Below, piece after piece: positions 49,525-62,431 of a DNA stretch of 64,000 bases. Numbering within the stretch: position 1 is the stretch's first letter; every line of letters begins with the position of its first letter. The translations under genes and the position numbers were made by a program. The notes beneath the pieces are model-generated. The model made no database searches and was not told the DNA's origin. It saw only the letters and a program-made list of their open reading frames with translations. The stretch is from positions 6,758,001 through 6,822,000 of the forward strand of contig NC_043005.1 of the NCBI RefSeq assembly GCF_006345805.1. The letters run 5' to 3'. This stretch comes from Octopus sinensis (lineage: Eukaryota).

Positions 49525-50053
49525 CAGTTGTGGAAATCAGCTGCCCAGCAGATGTTAACACAAGGCTGAAGATCAGTAAAAAAAGAGAATATTTATGCTG
49601 AACTATTAAGAAATCTGCAGTTCCTATATCCAGATTCAAGTTCAGGTTTATAACTGTAATTATTAGAGCACTAGGATATATAACACACTGCCTAAATACC
49701 AGCCTTGAGAAATTAAACTTCTCAAAACCAGAAAGGAAAAAGCTGATTTGAAGATTACAGATTCAAGTCATCACTGGAACTGTAAAAATCTGTGAAACTT
49801 TTCAGAAGTTTATTGTTTAAGTATATATGAGCATGTCTAGATATGCAAGTATAAGCATGAGAAGACATACATAAAACAAAACATTCAAATCTGCACACAT
49901 ACATATATATATATATATACATACATACATACATACATACATACATACATACCCTACTGTTGACGTTGAAATTCCAGTGAAAGAGCCTTGGTTAGAAACC
50001 GGCTCTTTCTCTATTGACAAGAAATCTTGAAATAAAACTGAATAATGACATAC
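49525..50053 (+). mobile_element. Second R4/Dong-type fragment with probable 3' UTR
   Basis: VVEISCPADVNTRLKISKKENIYAELLRNLQFLYPD (E.S.P...K..Y RLE motif); gttagaa(a/t)cc motif shared with 48980. Confidence 0.78.
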
Positions 50054-50065
50054 TTATATATGTAC

Positions 50066-50107
<42 letters not shown>

Positions 50108-52175
50108 CTATAATCCCAGTGCACAAGCATGAACATTTCTCATAGATACAGCAATATCTAAATTGTTAGATAACAATTTTATAACAATTTTAAGAAGTTT
50201 AAATCTAGTAACATTTGCAAATGATTTTTGGTATGAGAAAATGCAGTGATAAAAGAATTCAATTTATAGAAGAGAAGAAAATCTTTTTTAAGAGACACAT
50301 GAATTTTTGCTGGGAATTTTGGTATTAATATGGTAAAAAATAAAATGATGCTTAATATTTTACAATTGTACGATTTCTTTTTACTTTGCATTTTTTTTCT
50401 TTGTACATATATATAAAAATGCAAGATTTGTTTGAAATTTATATAAAATGTAATATTTGTTTTATAGAAATAATTTCTTTGAAATTATTTTATCACTTCA
50501 GATTAAAGCTATTTACCTCAGAATATCTCTTGATCATCTGGTTTACTTAAATGATAGTGGTATCGTTTACATGTTTTACACATTGACTATACATGACAGA
50601 TTGGTGATTCACTTGTGAAATTACCTTATATTGTCACATGTATCATTAACTTCTGTCAAATTCTGTCAGCATACACATACTAGATAAGCTATGTTTTCAT
50701 TAGGTAGCAGTTTAAACATCCTAAAATTTTTCTGTTTGTCAGCTGAAAATATGAAATAATAGCTTCTTATTTGGGACTTCCTATTCAATAAATGTTTTAA
50801 ATTACAACAAAACATCATTCGAAACTACTATATTGAAAGGTAACTACTAACTTTATGCCTTTATTACCTAGAATAATGTATAACTTGTGAAAAGACAGAG
50901 GAGTGACAGTATATGAGGTATCAATATATTTAAAGAATAGATAAGAACAAAATACAATTTCATTTCTAAGTGACAGGAAACCTTACGCTCACAGGATCAG
51001 AAATAAAATCACATAATGCCACAAATATATTTTCACTTAAACAATCTCAAAAGATTTCTTTTTGTACAAAGTGCTTTCTCAGTTGTGAGCACAAGAAAGT
51101 TTTCGAAAGTAAAATGAATTTAATTTTGTTTTTTCCACTATACATGTTGTTTTACTTACGAATCATAAAGATTTAAAAAATTATTTTCCATGTTTATAAT
51201 GCAGAAATAGAAACATACCTGGATTTATTCCTCTAGATATGTAAGTAGTCCTTTCTATGGAATATTATTGGAAGAGAGAGAGAGAGAGAGAGAGAGATAA
51301 TTGTACTGAACAATGAGTACAACTTAGTATCTCAATAAAGTTTGCTTGCTAATAGTTATACTGTATCTGGAAGACTATTAAACTAGGGGAACAAATTAAC
51401 TGGATCTGTAATTTATTGGAGTTGTAATAATTAAAACATACAAATTACTGAGTACAAAACATTACTATTATATAATGTTGGTTTCAGATATTTTTTAGGT
51501 TTTTGAATTAAGTTTCCAGTGTATACACCTAAATGGTTATTGTTCTATCAACTCACAAACTTCTGTAATCGTCTAAAAGTTATGAGCTTTGAAGCATTAT
51601 GTTTTGAGATTGAATATATTTGTAATGCTAAATGTCTTCCATTTTGATATCGAAACAATAGCTCAGAGAATATGAAAACAAGGTGGTATTATTGCTAAAC
51701 AAAATGCATCCAAATGAGGTGTTAGTTTGATTAAACAAAAAGTAAATTCTAGAAAACAAAATAATTGATGAGATCTTAATTCAGGCTGGAGAAACTATGT
51801 TTCTTGTCATAATGGCTTGGGAGTTGAAGATGTTTAGAAAGCATAGTGATAGCATAGGTGAATTGTTAGGATTCTTGGAGATTCTAATTTAAAAGAACTA
51901 GATGTGTTAGGTGAATTGTTTTAGTAATTTCTTTTGTTCATTTCTACTTTTGATTGGCATCTTTGTTACAGTTTGTATATTATGTAATTCTAAATTTTTT
52001 TTTTCTTTCATGCTTTTATTTGACTTTGGATACTACTAAACTGAAGTTTCGTTTTTCTTTTTCTAATTTACTTCTTTAGATACAAAAAGAATTAAAAAAT
52101 AAAACCAGATAAATACTTTATAGGAAATATAATTTGTTCATAAATGTTTTAAAAACAAATTTACATTTCATTGCA

Positions 52176-52238
<63 letters not shown>

Positions 52239-53226
52239 TGTGAAAATCCTCTGTATTGGCACATATAAATAAACAACAAGTAAATCCAGAGAGGAAATTT
52301 AATTCATCAGAGTATCAGCATTTTTATCCTTAAAAAAAAATTCTCATTATAAATTTGACACCTAAAATAATAATGCAATTTATCCACAGTTGAAAACAAT
52401 TTAAATTGCATTCATTTGTAGTTACAAGTTTTACCCTTGGGCAAATGTTGCAGTTTCTTATATTTTGAGTTACATTTAAATATGTTTATATGTTTTGAAG
52501 AATATTCCAGCCATTGTTGTAATTCCAGAATTAAAACTGGTGCATAATATCTTGTCCCTTAAAGGCATATTTTTCTTTTAACAATAAATGCATACCACAG
52601 CCATATTAATGAGCAAATGAATTATAATCGAAAGCTCAAGTTGCAACATCATTTATCCTACGACTGACTTTTGAAATATTCAGAATATAAAATATTGCAA
52701 TATTTTAAATTATGGAGATGCTATTTACCAAGTTGATGTTGTTTAGATGGTTTAGATACTTGACATTTTTTAAAGCTATAATTTATATATATACAACTAA
52801 CCTACAGAGAAAGAAAAAAAAAAGAAGAAAAAACCTGAATTATTTGAAGAAGTGAAAGAGAAATAAAATATTTATATCACAAGTGCAACTGCTGCAAGTC
52901 ATGATCATGTGGCCTGACTATTTCAGGTTTCTATTGCAAACTACTATGAAACTAGCTAAGAATAAGCTCAAAAGTACACACGCACGCATGCACGCGCACG
53001 CACTCACACATACACACAGACACATACAAAAGCATATGTATGTATTTTACACATATATGCATTTTCAAAATATATACCTAGATATATACATGCACACACA
53101 TATATATGAATACATATATATATATGTATTTCACATAAAAAATACTTATGTATATGTATATATCTATTTTACACACACACACACATACACACAAATAATA
53201 TATATATTTTCTATATATGTATATTT

Positions 53227-53260
<34 letters not shown>

Positions 53261-53352
53261 CTATGTATATGTTATTTATAAATTTTGTATATATGCACAT
53301 TTTGTGCATATATACATACATACGTACGTACGTACATACATATATATACACA

Positions 53353-53388
<36 letters not shown>

Positions 53389-53460
53389 TATTTCTTTTAT
53401 TTGTTTCAGCCATGTGTGTGTGGTGTGTGTGATTTATAAATTTTATACATACATATATAT

Positions 53461-53493
<33 letters not shown>

Positions 53494-53512
53494 TATACAT
53501 GCTACTTATAAA

Positions 53513-53597
<85 letters not shown>

Positions 53598-53710
53598 AAA
53601 ATGGGACAAGAACGCAAAACATCTAGACAGTTATATACATATATGAATATATTGTGTGTATATATACATATATATATATGACTATATATATATGTGTGTG
53701 TGTGTGTGTG

Positions 53711-53745
<35 letters not shown>

Positions 53746-53755
53746 TATGTTTTAT

Positions 53756-54135
53756 TGGCTGTGTGGTAAGAAGCTTGCTTCTCAACCACATGGCTCTGGG
53801 TTCAGTCCCACTGCGTGGCACCTTGGGCTAATGTCTTCTACTATAGCCTTGTGTCGACCAAAGCCTTGTGAGTGGATTTGGAAGACGGAAACTGAAAGAA
53901 GCCAGTCAGATATATATGTATATGCATATTTATGTGTGTGTCTTTGTGTCTGTGTTTGACAACTGGTGTTGGTGTGTTTATGTTCCCATAAATTAGCAGT
54001 TCAACAAAAGAAACTGATAGAATAAGCATCAGGGTTAAAATAATATAACTACAGGGATCAATTCATTCAACTAAAAATTCAAGGTGGTGCCCCAGCATGG
54101 CCACAGTCTAATGACTGAAAGAAGTAAAAAAGAAA
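53756..54135 (+). mobile_element. SINE family B, older subfamily
   Basis: ggctgtgtggtaagaagcttgc...ccccagcatggccacagtctaatgactgaaa. Confidence 0.9.
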
Positions 54136-54587
54136 AAAGAAAGATATATATATATGTATATATATATCACCGTTTGTTTTTACTGTTTTTTTCTGTTTTG
54201 TTCTCATTGTCCTGTTCTTGTTACACTGGAACCAGTGTTGCCACTGTCTTATGTTTATTGTCTGATCCCCATATACTTCATTAATATTCCTCGCACTTTC
54301 CGTTGTGTTGTTGCCTTAATTGAGCTCACAAAGCAAAATATGTCGAATACGTCTCCTTGTCACTTCCATTATAGCTTTGAAAAAATAGCTGTTAAAATCT
54401 CACTGCACTCTTCAAAATTTGCACTAAGAATAAGGTCAAGGTAAAATTACTAACTGCCTTTATAGCAACTTGATGCAGGTAGTTTATTCCATCCCCCTCC
54501 GACTTTTAATTCATGCAATTGTAAAAACCACATTATTTATGGGATGACCCAAAATATATATATATCTTATATATATTGTACGTATAT

Positions 54588-54759
54588 ACGCACAGGAGTA
54601 GCTGTGCGGTAAGTAGCTTGTTTACCAACCACATGGTTCCGGGTTCAGTCCCACTGCATGGCACCTTGGGCAAGTGTCTTCTACTATAGCCTCGGACCGA
54701 CCAAAGCCTTGTGAGTGGATTTGGTAGACGGAAACTGAAAGAAGCCTGTCGTATATATG

Positions 54760-54790
<31 letters not shown>

Positions 54791-55001
54791 CTGTGTTTGT
54801 CCCCCTAGCATTGCTTGACAACTGATGCTGGTGTGTTTATGTCCCCGTTAGTTAGCGGTTTGGCAAAAAGAGACCGATAGAATAAGTACTGGGCTTACAA
54901 AAAGAATAAGTCCCGGGGTCGAGTTGCTTGATTAAAGGCGGTGCTCCAGCATGGCCGCAGACAATGACTGAAACAAGTAAAAGAGTAAAAGAGTAAGAGT
55001 A
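54588..55001 (+). mobile_element. SINE family B
   Basis: Family consensus. Confidence 0.95.
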
Positions 55002-55245
55002 TATATTTGAAATCTGGAACATAGAAAAGTTCTAAATATTAAGATATTTTTTCGTTTTTGATCAGAAAGTTCATCTTTTAAATTAAATAATAGTTATATT
55101 AGCAATAATACTATTTGTTCTGAAAGTGAATTCATAGCTCAACCCAGTGATTTTGTCATTTTGATTTCAAAAATAGATTTGTAATGGGCCTTTTTAGATA
55201 AAAAGACACTCTGGTTCTACAAAGAAAGCCAAAGCTGATTTGATA

Positions 55246-55660
55246 TCTCTTTCTCTTTTCTCTTTTACTTGTTTCAGTCATTTGACTGCGGCCATGCTGG
55301 AGCACCGCCTTTAGTCGAGCAAATCGACCCCGGGACTTATTCTTTGTAAGCCCAGTACTTATTCTATCGGTCTGTTTTGCCGAACCACTAAGTGACGGGG
55401 ACATAAACACACCAGCATCAGTTGTCAAGCAATGCTAGGGGGACAAACACAGACACACAAACATATACATACACATACATATATATACATATATACGACA
55501 GGCTTCTTTCAGTTTCCATCTACCAAATCCACTCACAAGGCATTGGTCAGCCCGGGGCTATAGCAGAAGACACTCACCCAAGATGCCATGCAGTGGGACT
55601 GAACCCGGAACCATGTGGTTGGTAGGCAAGCTACTTACCACACAGCCACTCCTGCGCCTA
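55246..55660 (-). mobile_element. SINE family B
   Basis: Family consensus. Confidence 0.95.
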
Positions 55661-56987
55661 TATATAACTGAATTCTGTCTTTTTTTTCTTCACATAATCA
55701 AAAAGAATAAAGTAATACCAATAACCCATTTTTTTAAGACCTCTAAGGCTGGCGGAAGGAATGGAGGAAGTTATCATCATACCAGAGACCTGGTCTGAAT
55801 GCTTCTTACAGAGTGAATTCTACTAAAGGTACCCAAGGCAGGTAGGCGTATTAAACTGAGCAATAAATTAAGTCTACCACCTGAAATCTAAGATGGTAAC
55901 CAATTTCCAAAGCTTCTGAGAGACTGTAACCAATTTCTATAAAGCTGATTAGAATAATTGATATAAAGCTGTTGTGCTTTGTTTCTATAATCTTTTAAGA
56001 TTTCCTTGAATGTTTTAAAACAGAGCAAAACATTTGAATTTTTCTTAAAAATATATCTGTGATAAAGATTTCTAGAATGTTCAGTGTTTGTAAAATGAAT
56101 AAAAACAAAAAGATAATGTTTGAAGCTATTAATACGGAAATGAGTAAAGTATTCAGCAGAGGAAACAAGCTATTGATAGAAGTAAGAATTTATATGAATA
56201 AGCTATTTCCTTGGGTGTTACAACTCTCTTATGCTTAAAAGTATTAGTATGTAACTAAGGAGAACAGTTATAAAACTTAAATAGCTAAAATAGTAAGATA
56301 GGAACAAATCAGACCTCTTAATATTGTGATAAGAGAGTTCAAATTTTATAACAAGAAATAATCAGCATTAGTTTGAAGCTTCCCTACTTAATTCTAAGTG
56401 GCCAAACTCACAACTTGTACTGGATATTAAAAAAAAAATTATGAAAGCTAAAAACAATGTGTGTTGTAATACTTCTAACACATTAAATAATTATGAGTAT
56501 TAATGGGAAGATATTTTAAAACTGAATAGTGTTATATTAGAATTGAAAATAAATACATTCTTATATTACTTTTTTCTCAATCCAGTTCTTCTTCAGAAAA
56601 CTTTAAGGATGAAGGTACTTGAAGTAAAGTACCTCGATAAGATTATGTGTATTAACTTATGAGATAATGTGTTCTGGTAATGAATACAGTATTGGAATAA
56701 TGGAGCATATTTCATTCAGTTCTGATAGAGTTGATGAATATATTGTCACGTTAAATTACGAAATATGTTCTTTTTTTTTTTATAGGTTAGTAAATTTAAG
56801 ATTTGTGTTATTTAATACACTTCAAGAAAATTTAAAAATTGAATATTTTTGTCCCTAAGAAATTAAATTTTGGTAGATACCTTTAATCAACCTGATACTG
56901 AAATCAAATTTAGAATCATGTGAATTACAAAAATAACAGATTAAAAAATAACTAATAGCAACATAAGCAGTATCAATAACAAAAGGC

Positions 56988-57339
56988 AATCTTTATATCC
57001 AACTTAATGTGGATATTGTATTAGAACACCAAATACTATATTATTTACCCAAAGGGGACCACTTGTATGGATGCATGATGCATAAAAGCACTCATATTTA
57101 TATCATTGGCATATTTGGTTTACTCATATTTATACCAGACATCTGCCACTGATGAGCCCAGGCTGGAGGAAATCACATGAGCTGGCAGTTCCAGTGCCTG
57201 TAGCAGATAATTTTCATCTACCAACGATATAAATATGAGAGCTTTTATGCACCATGCATCATTATGAGAGGTCCTCTCTAGGTAAATAATGCAGTATTTG
57301 TTGTTCTAACACAACCACATGAAATTGGATCAACAGATT
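56988..57339. mobile_element. Fold-back element (about 120-bp arms) with a central HHR-like motif at 57143-57188 (+)
   Basis: Arms 56988-57109 and 57221-57339; CTGCCA-CTGATGA..GAAA-TCA-CA-TGA-GC-TGGCAG. Confidence 0.75.
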
Positions 57340-57872
57340 TTAAAACTCTGGAATCATATATGAATAATTTCACAATCAAAATATTGAAGAATCACCACTT
57401 TTTAACATATACAAATACAAAATATTAAGAGAATTAAATAGTATAAAATTTATATCATAAAAGTTATCATATCCTAAACTTTTTATTATTTTAGTTGTGC
57501 ATTTAAACCATTAAGTAGTTTATAAGCATTACTGAAATAATTACACAGAGCAGTGATAAATCCTTTTGCCTTGCAAGATACAAGACAACCTCACTAGTGC
57601 TGGTATCCTGATGAAATGCATCCAGTCCACTGTGTAGAGTGGTTAGTGTTAAGAAGAGCATTCAACCATAGAAACCACACCAAAATGAAACAGACACAAG
57701 ACATGTGATTCCCCCAGCCTTTGTAGGAGTGCAGTAACTTTGAATAACATAATGATTTGGAGTATGATAACCAGTACAATCTTTGCCAACATGGAAAAGA
57801 CAACAGAAGTGGTAGAGAGGTGGTTGCTCCTCTTCCATATTATTATATAAAAGTAAATTTTGAAGTTGGTAT

Positions 57873-58291
57873 TCTTTTCTTTTTTCTTTTACTTGTTTCA
57901 GTCATTTGACTGCGGCCATGCTGGAGCACCGCCTTTAGTCGAGCAAATTGACCCCGGGACTTATTCTTTGTAAGCCCAGTACTTATTCTATCGGTCTCTT
58001 TTTGCCGAACCGCTAAGTGACGGGGACGTAAACACACCAGCATCGGTTGTCAAGCAATGCTAGGGCGACAAACACAGACACACAAACACACATACATACA
58101 TATATATATATATATATACCTATATATGACAGGCTTCTTTCAGTTTCCGTCTACCAAATCCACTCACAAGGCATTGGTCGGCCCGGGGCTATAGCAGAAG
58201 ACACTTGCCCAAGATGCCACGCAGTGGGACTGAACCTGGAACCATGTGGTTGGTTAGCAAGCTACTTACCACACAACCACTCCTGCGCCTA
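57873..58291 (-). mobile_element. SINE family B
   Basis: Family consensus. Confidence 0.95.
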
Positions 58292-59729
58292 TTGCTAATA
58301 TTTTGTTAAGAAAATTTTTACCACTACATATATCTCTCTGCAACACTTATTTAACTATTAGATAAAACAGAATTTGTTTTCTTGAATTATTAACAATTAA
58401 TAAAACTCACCAGTAATCCTGTGAATTAAACTGAGTTAACCAGATAATAATATATTCAACAAAAACTTCATGAAACAAAGAAAAAAACAGAATAAAGAAT
58501 TTAGCAATTTTAGAATAACATTAGAATCAATGATTTTTGTGTGAATCAAATCCTTAATTAAAAAAAAGTTGTGATTAGAAATTAATATGAACATAAGATG
58601 TATATAATTCATATAACATTCTTTTTGGATATGAGGCTTTAACAAGACTAACAAAAGATTTTATATTTTTACTTGAAAAATAAATTATATAAAATTCAAA
58701 AATAATTCTATGTGAAACAAATGGTAACAAGAGAGAACTTTCTCTCTAATCAGATTATTGAATAATTCTATCATACATTCCACATATGAGCATTAAACAT
58801 TTTGTGGACAGTAAATATTAGCAGATGAGAGTGTTAACTTATTCTGTTACATTCCAGTATGTTTGATGATAATACTTTGCCAACTAGTCCCACAATTTCA
58901 TTTATCCTTCAGCAACCCTGATTACTATTTTTGTCAGGAGCAGTTATCTTTTGTATCATTTGATTAATCACACAAGAGAAACAGATTCAAAATCAATGAA
59001 GATTTATAATAAATCTCATCTGTACAATTCCATTTTTTTTTCTTCTTCTTTCTGAAATATGATTCTGAAACTTATAGCAAAGATAAAGGTAAATCAGCTT
59101 GAAATTTTACAGCAACAACAATGCCAACATCTGCATTACAACATGGGTCTTTAAGCTATGGCAAAGTTTGGGTTAAAGGAAGATGGAAATAGAATAGAAA
59201 AATATCTTAAAATAAAATATTTAAAATAAAAATATGAATGTTTTAACAGAATTTGTGGAATAAGATTAAAATAGATTTGAGCAGAAAAAAAAGTTAAAAA
59301 GCAAAAGAAAAAAAGAAAAAGAAAAAAAACAAGTAAATTCTTTACTGAATATCTGACATCAAGAAATAGTATTAGGTTCTGAAATTGAAAGGGTGCTAAA
59401 ATAACAAACAAACAAGCACATAAAAAAAAAAAAACAGGTTTATATATAAAAACAAAAAAATATATACTTAAAGAAAATAAATCCAAAAGGATTGTAGATT
59501 TGATTTGTATTTAGTTTAGCCATCTGAAATATAAGTTTAGTCATTTGAAATGCAGACACTCTTTAAAAACTGTTGCTTGCATAGTAGTGTAAAATCTTTA
59601 TAACTATCTGTATATTCCTTTATATTTATCTATGTAAGTATGTAAGTGTGCACGCATGTACACAATAATTTATTATGACTCATCTCTCTCTGTCTCTCCC
59701 ACGCATACACATAATATTCAAGAATTCTT

Positions 59730-59870
59730 TATTGTTATAACTGATTATGATGATTACAATATTGATCATGATAAGGATTATGTTGATGGTGATCATGTTC
59801 ATAATGATTAAGGTGATGATGATGATCATGAAGCTGTTGACACTGTTATGAATAATCATCATGATCATTT
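59730..59870. repeat. Degenerate (ATG)n low-complexity tract
   Basis: gatgat/gatcat units. Confidence 0.75.
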
Positions 59871-60128
59871 ACAACAATTCACTATTATTCTGAGAGTAGT
59901 GTTATTTTACTGTTCTCTTACAAAAGTAAAATTATTTCAGATTTACAAAATATTCTGATCCAATAGAAAGAAAAGCTTTTGATAAATTTTTCGAAATCTG
60001 AAATTTGAAACTTCTTCATGTCACTTGGCTATGAATTCTATATTTTGTGATTATAATGTGCTATGGTATAATTGTCCTTAACTTGTTAATTGGGATTGGG
60101 TAAAAATTATACTGATATTTAGTGACAA

Positions 60129-60526
60129 TCTCTATATATATAAAGCTGAAGTTGTATGTGTGTGTATGGCAGGTTTGATAGCCTTCAACTAACACTATCT
60201 CCTCCGAGACCTTGCAGCACAAGTTGACCAAAATTGAGAGTACGATAGAAGAAGGCTTGCTCTTCATTCCATAGAAGATAAAATTCAAATCGGATCATTT
60301 TAAGACCAGAGATTATTTACATAAAAAAGGTGCTTTTTTTTTCTATGAAAATTCCTATTTTTTACGATTTTTCCACTGCTGAGTCACCATTTTTCGTTGT
60401 ATTTCAACCAGAAAAATGTTCACTTAAAGAGAATAACAAGCTACATAATGCAAAAGTTTTACTTTTCAAAAATTCCAATTCTAAAGAGTCGAAACAAACC
60501 CGAGCAATGCCGGGCAATACTGCTAG
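60129..60526 (+). mobile_element. Non-autonomous Helitron
   Basis: a|TCtctatatatataaagctg...aaacccgagcaatgccgggcaatactgCTAG; termini match 18150 and 44114, interior differs. Confidence 0.85.
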
Positions 60527-61074
60527 CTAGAAATAAAAGAGAATGAATGATGCTTTAATAAATAAGAACAATACTTGGGGATTATGAATCCTTACACTCA
60601 TAGGCAACACATAATATTCTGAAGACCTTGTAATAAAATACATGCAGCTTCTTTGTAGGTTTTGTCCAGGAAACACTAACGAAAATGTAGAACATAATGA
60701 TAGGTTTAATAAGGACTTTGGTCTGATTATGGTGAAGGTATTTGCTGATTTTTAGATTTTCACAAACCTGCATTTGAAAAATTGGATATTTTACTTATGT
60801 AGGAAAAACACAATAATTTAGTGGGAGTTGTCTCCAGATTCCAGAAAGAGGGACTAATGGTAGAATTTCAGCAAGAGCAAATTGGACAGGTTAATTGTAT
60901 TTCTTGATATCATTATATCATGGGTTCCATTCATCAATAAACTCAAGTGTCTAGATTTTTGTTTACTTGTTTCTTGCAAATATCATAAAACTGTAGTTTT
61001 GCTGATCAGTACTACATTATCTAGTATCAGGTTACTGTGGAAAGTATTCTGCTATCAAAAGTTGGGGTTTGATG

Positions 61075-61225
61075 AAGATAAGGATAGAGAAACATCCATG
61101 GGCAAATAAGGCATTACATAAAGAAATCCTGAGCTCTAATTGTGGAGGTACCTGTGGAAGGGGTGGACTCAGGAAGATGTGGGACGAAGTGGTAAGAAAG
61201 GATCTTCGGATGCCGGGCCTCACAG
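61075..61225 (+). mobile_element. RTE LINE C-terminal fragment
   Basis: GTCGRGGLRKMWDEVVRKDLRMPGLT. Confidence 0.8.
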
Positions 61226-61237
61226 ACACACACACAC

Positions 61238-61500
61238 ATGCCATACTGGCATGAGTTAGATGGTTTGATTGGAACTGGTGAGCAGCACCAGGTTCCAGTC
61301 TGAATTTGGCCAGGTTTCTAAGGCTGGATGCCTTTCTGAATGCCAACTACTCAGAGAGTGTAGTGGGTGCCTTTTACATGTCACCAGCAAGGGGTGCTTT
61401 TACATATCATTGATACAGATGCTTTTATGTGTCACTGGCATGGGTGCCTTTTACGTGTCACCAGCACCACCCACAACTACGATTTCACTTGGCTTCATAA
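61238..61500 (-). mobile_element. Family D copy, diverged
   Basis: ggctggatgcctttctgaatgccaac...tgccttttacgtgtcaccagcac. Confidence 0.75.
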
Positions 61501-61504
61501 GTCT

Positions 61505-61762
61505 TCTCAAGCACAGGTCAAGATCACTTGTCGTAGCCTCCATGAGGCCCCATGTTCAAAAATCATGCTTCACTACCTCATCCCATGTCTTCTTAGGTTC
61601 ATCTCTTCCATAAGTTCCCTCCACAATTACGGATCAGCACTTCTTTATGCAGGCATCCTCAGCCATTCTCATCACATAATCATACCAGCACAGATGTCTC
61701 TCTTGCACATCACATCTGATACTTTTTATGTCCAATTTTTTTCTCAAGATGCTTCAACTCAG
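61505..61762 (-). mobile_element. RTE LINE C-terminal fragment
   Basis: KKLDIKSIRCDVQERHLCWYDYVMRMAEDACIKKC*SVIVEGTYGRDEPKKTWDEVVKHD. Confidence 0.82.
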
Positions 61763-61800
61763 TCTTGAGCGAAAAATTGGGCATATATGTATTATATTAT

Positions 61801-61920
61801 AGGTGCAATAGTGACTGTGTTGTAAAAAGCTTGCTTCTCAACCACATGGTTCTGGGTTCAGTCCCACTACTTGATATCTTAGGTAAGTGTCTTCTACTAT
61901 AGCCTCAGGCTGACCAAGGC
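61801..61920 (+). mobile_element. SINE family B 5' part
   Basis: caaccacatggttctgggttcagtccc...gtgtcttctactatagcctc. Confidence 0.85.
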
Positions 61921-62045
61921 AATGGACACACTTTAGAGAGAAGCAATTACAGAGGCATTAAATTGATTGGCCAGTTTATGAACTGATCAAGAAGAGAAAT
62001 AGACTAAGCAAGATGCAGTTCAAGTTTATGCAATGACAGAGTAGT

Positions 62046-62431
62046 GGGAAGCACTCCGTCGGTTACGAAGATGAGGGTTCCGGTTGATCCGAATCAACGA
62101 AACAGCCTGCTCGTGAAATTAACGTGTAAGTGGCTGAGCACTCCACAGACACGTGTACCCTTAACGTAGTTCTCGGGGATATTCAGCGTGACACAGAGAG
62201 TGACAAGGCAGGCCCTTTGAAATACAGGTACAACAGAAACAGGAAGAAAGAGTGAGAGAAAGTTGTGGTGAAAGAGTACAGCAGGGATCACCATCATCCC
62301 CTGTCGGAGCCTCGTGGAGCTTTTAGGTGTTTTCGCTCAATAAACACTCACAACGCCCGGTCTGGGAATCGAAACCGCGATCCTACGACCGCGTGTCCGC
62401 TGCCCTAACCACTGGGCCATTGCGCCTCCAC
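62046..62431 (-). mobile_element. SINE family C, tail type 3, full length with TSD
   Basis: 11-bp TSD GACAGAGTAGT at 62035-62045 and 62432-62442. Confidence 0.95.
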
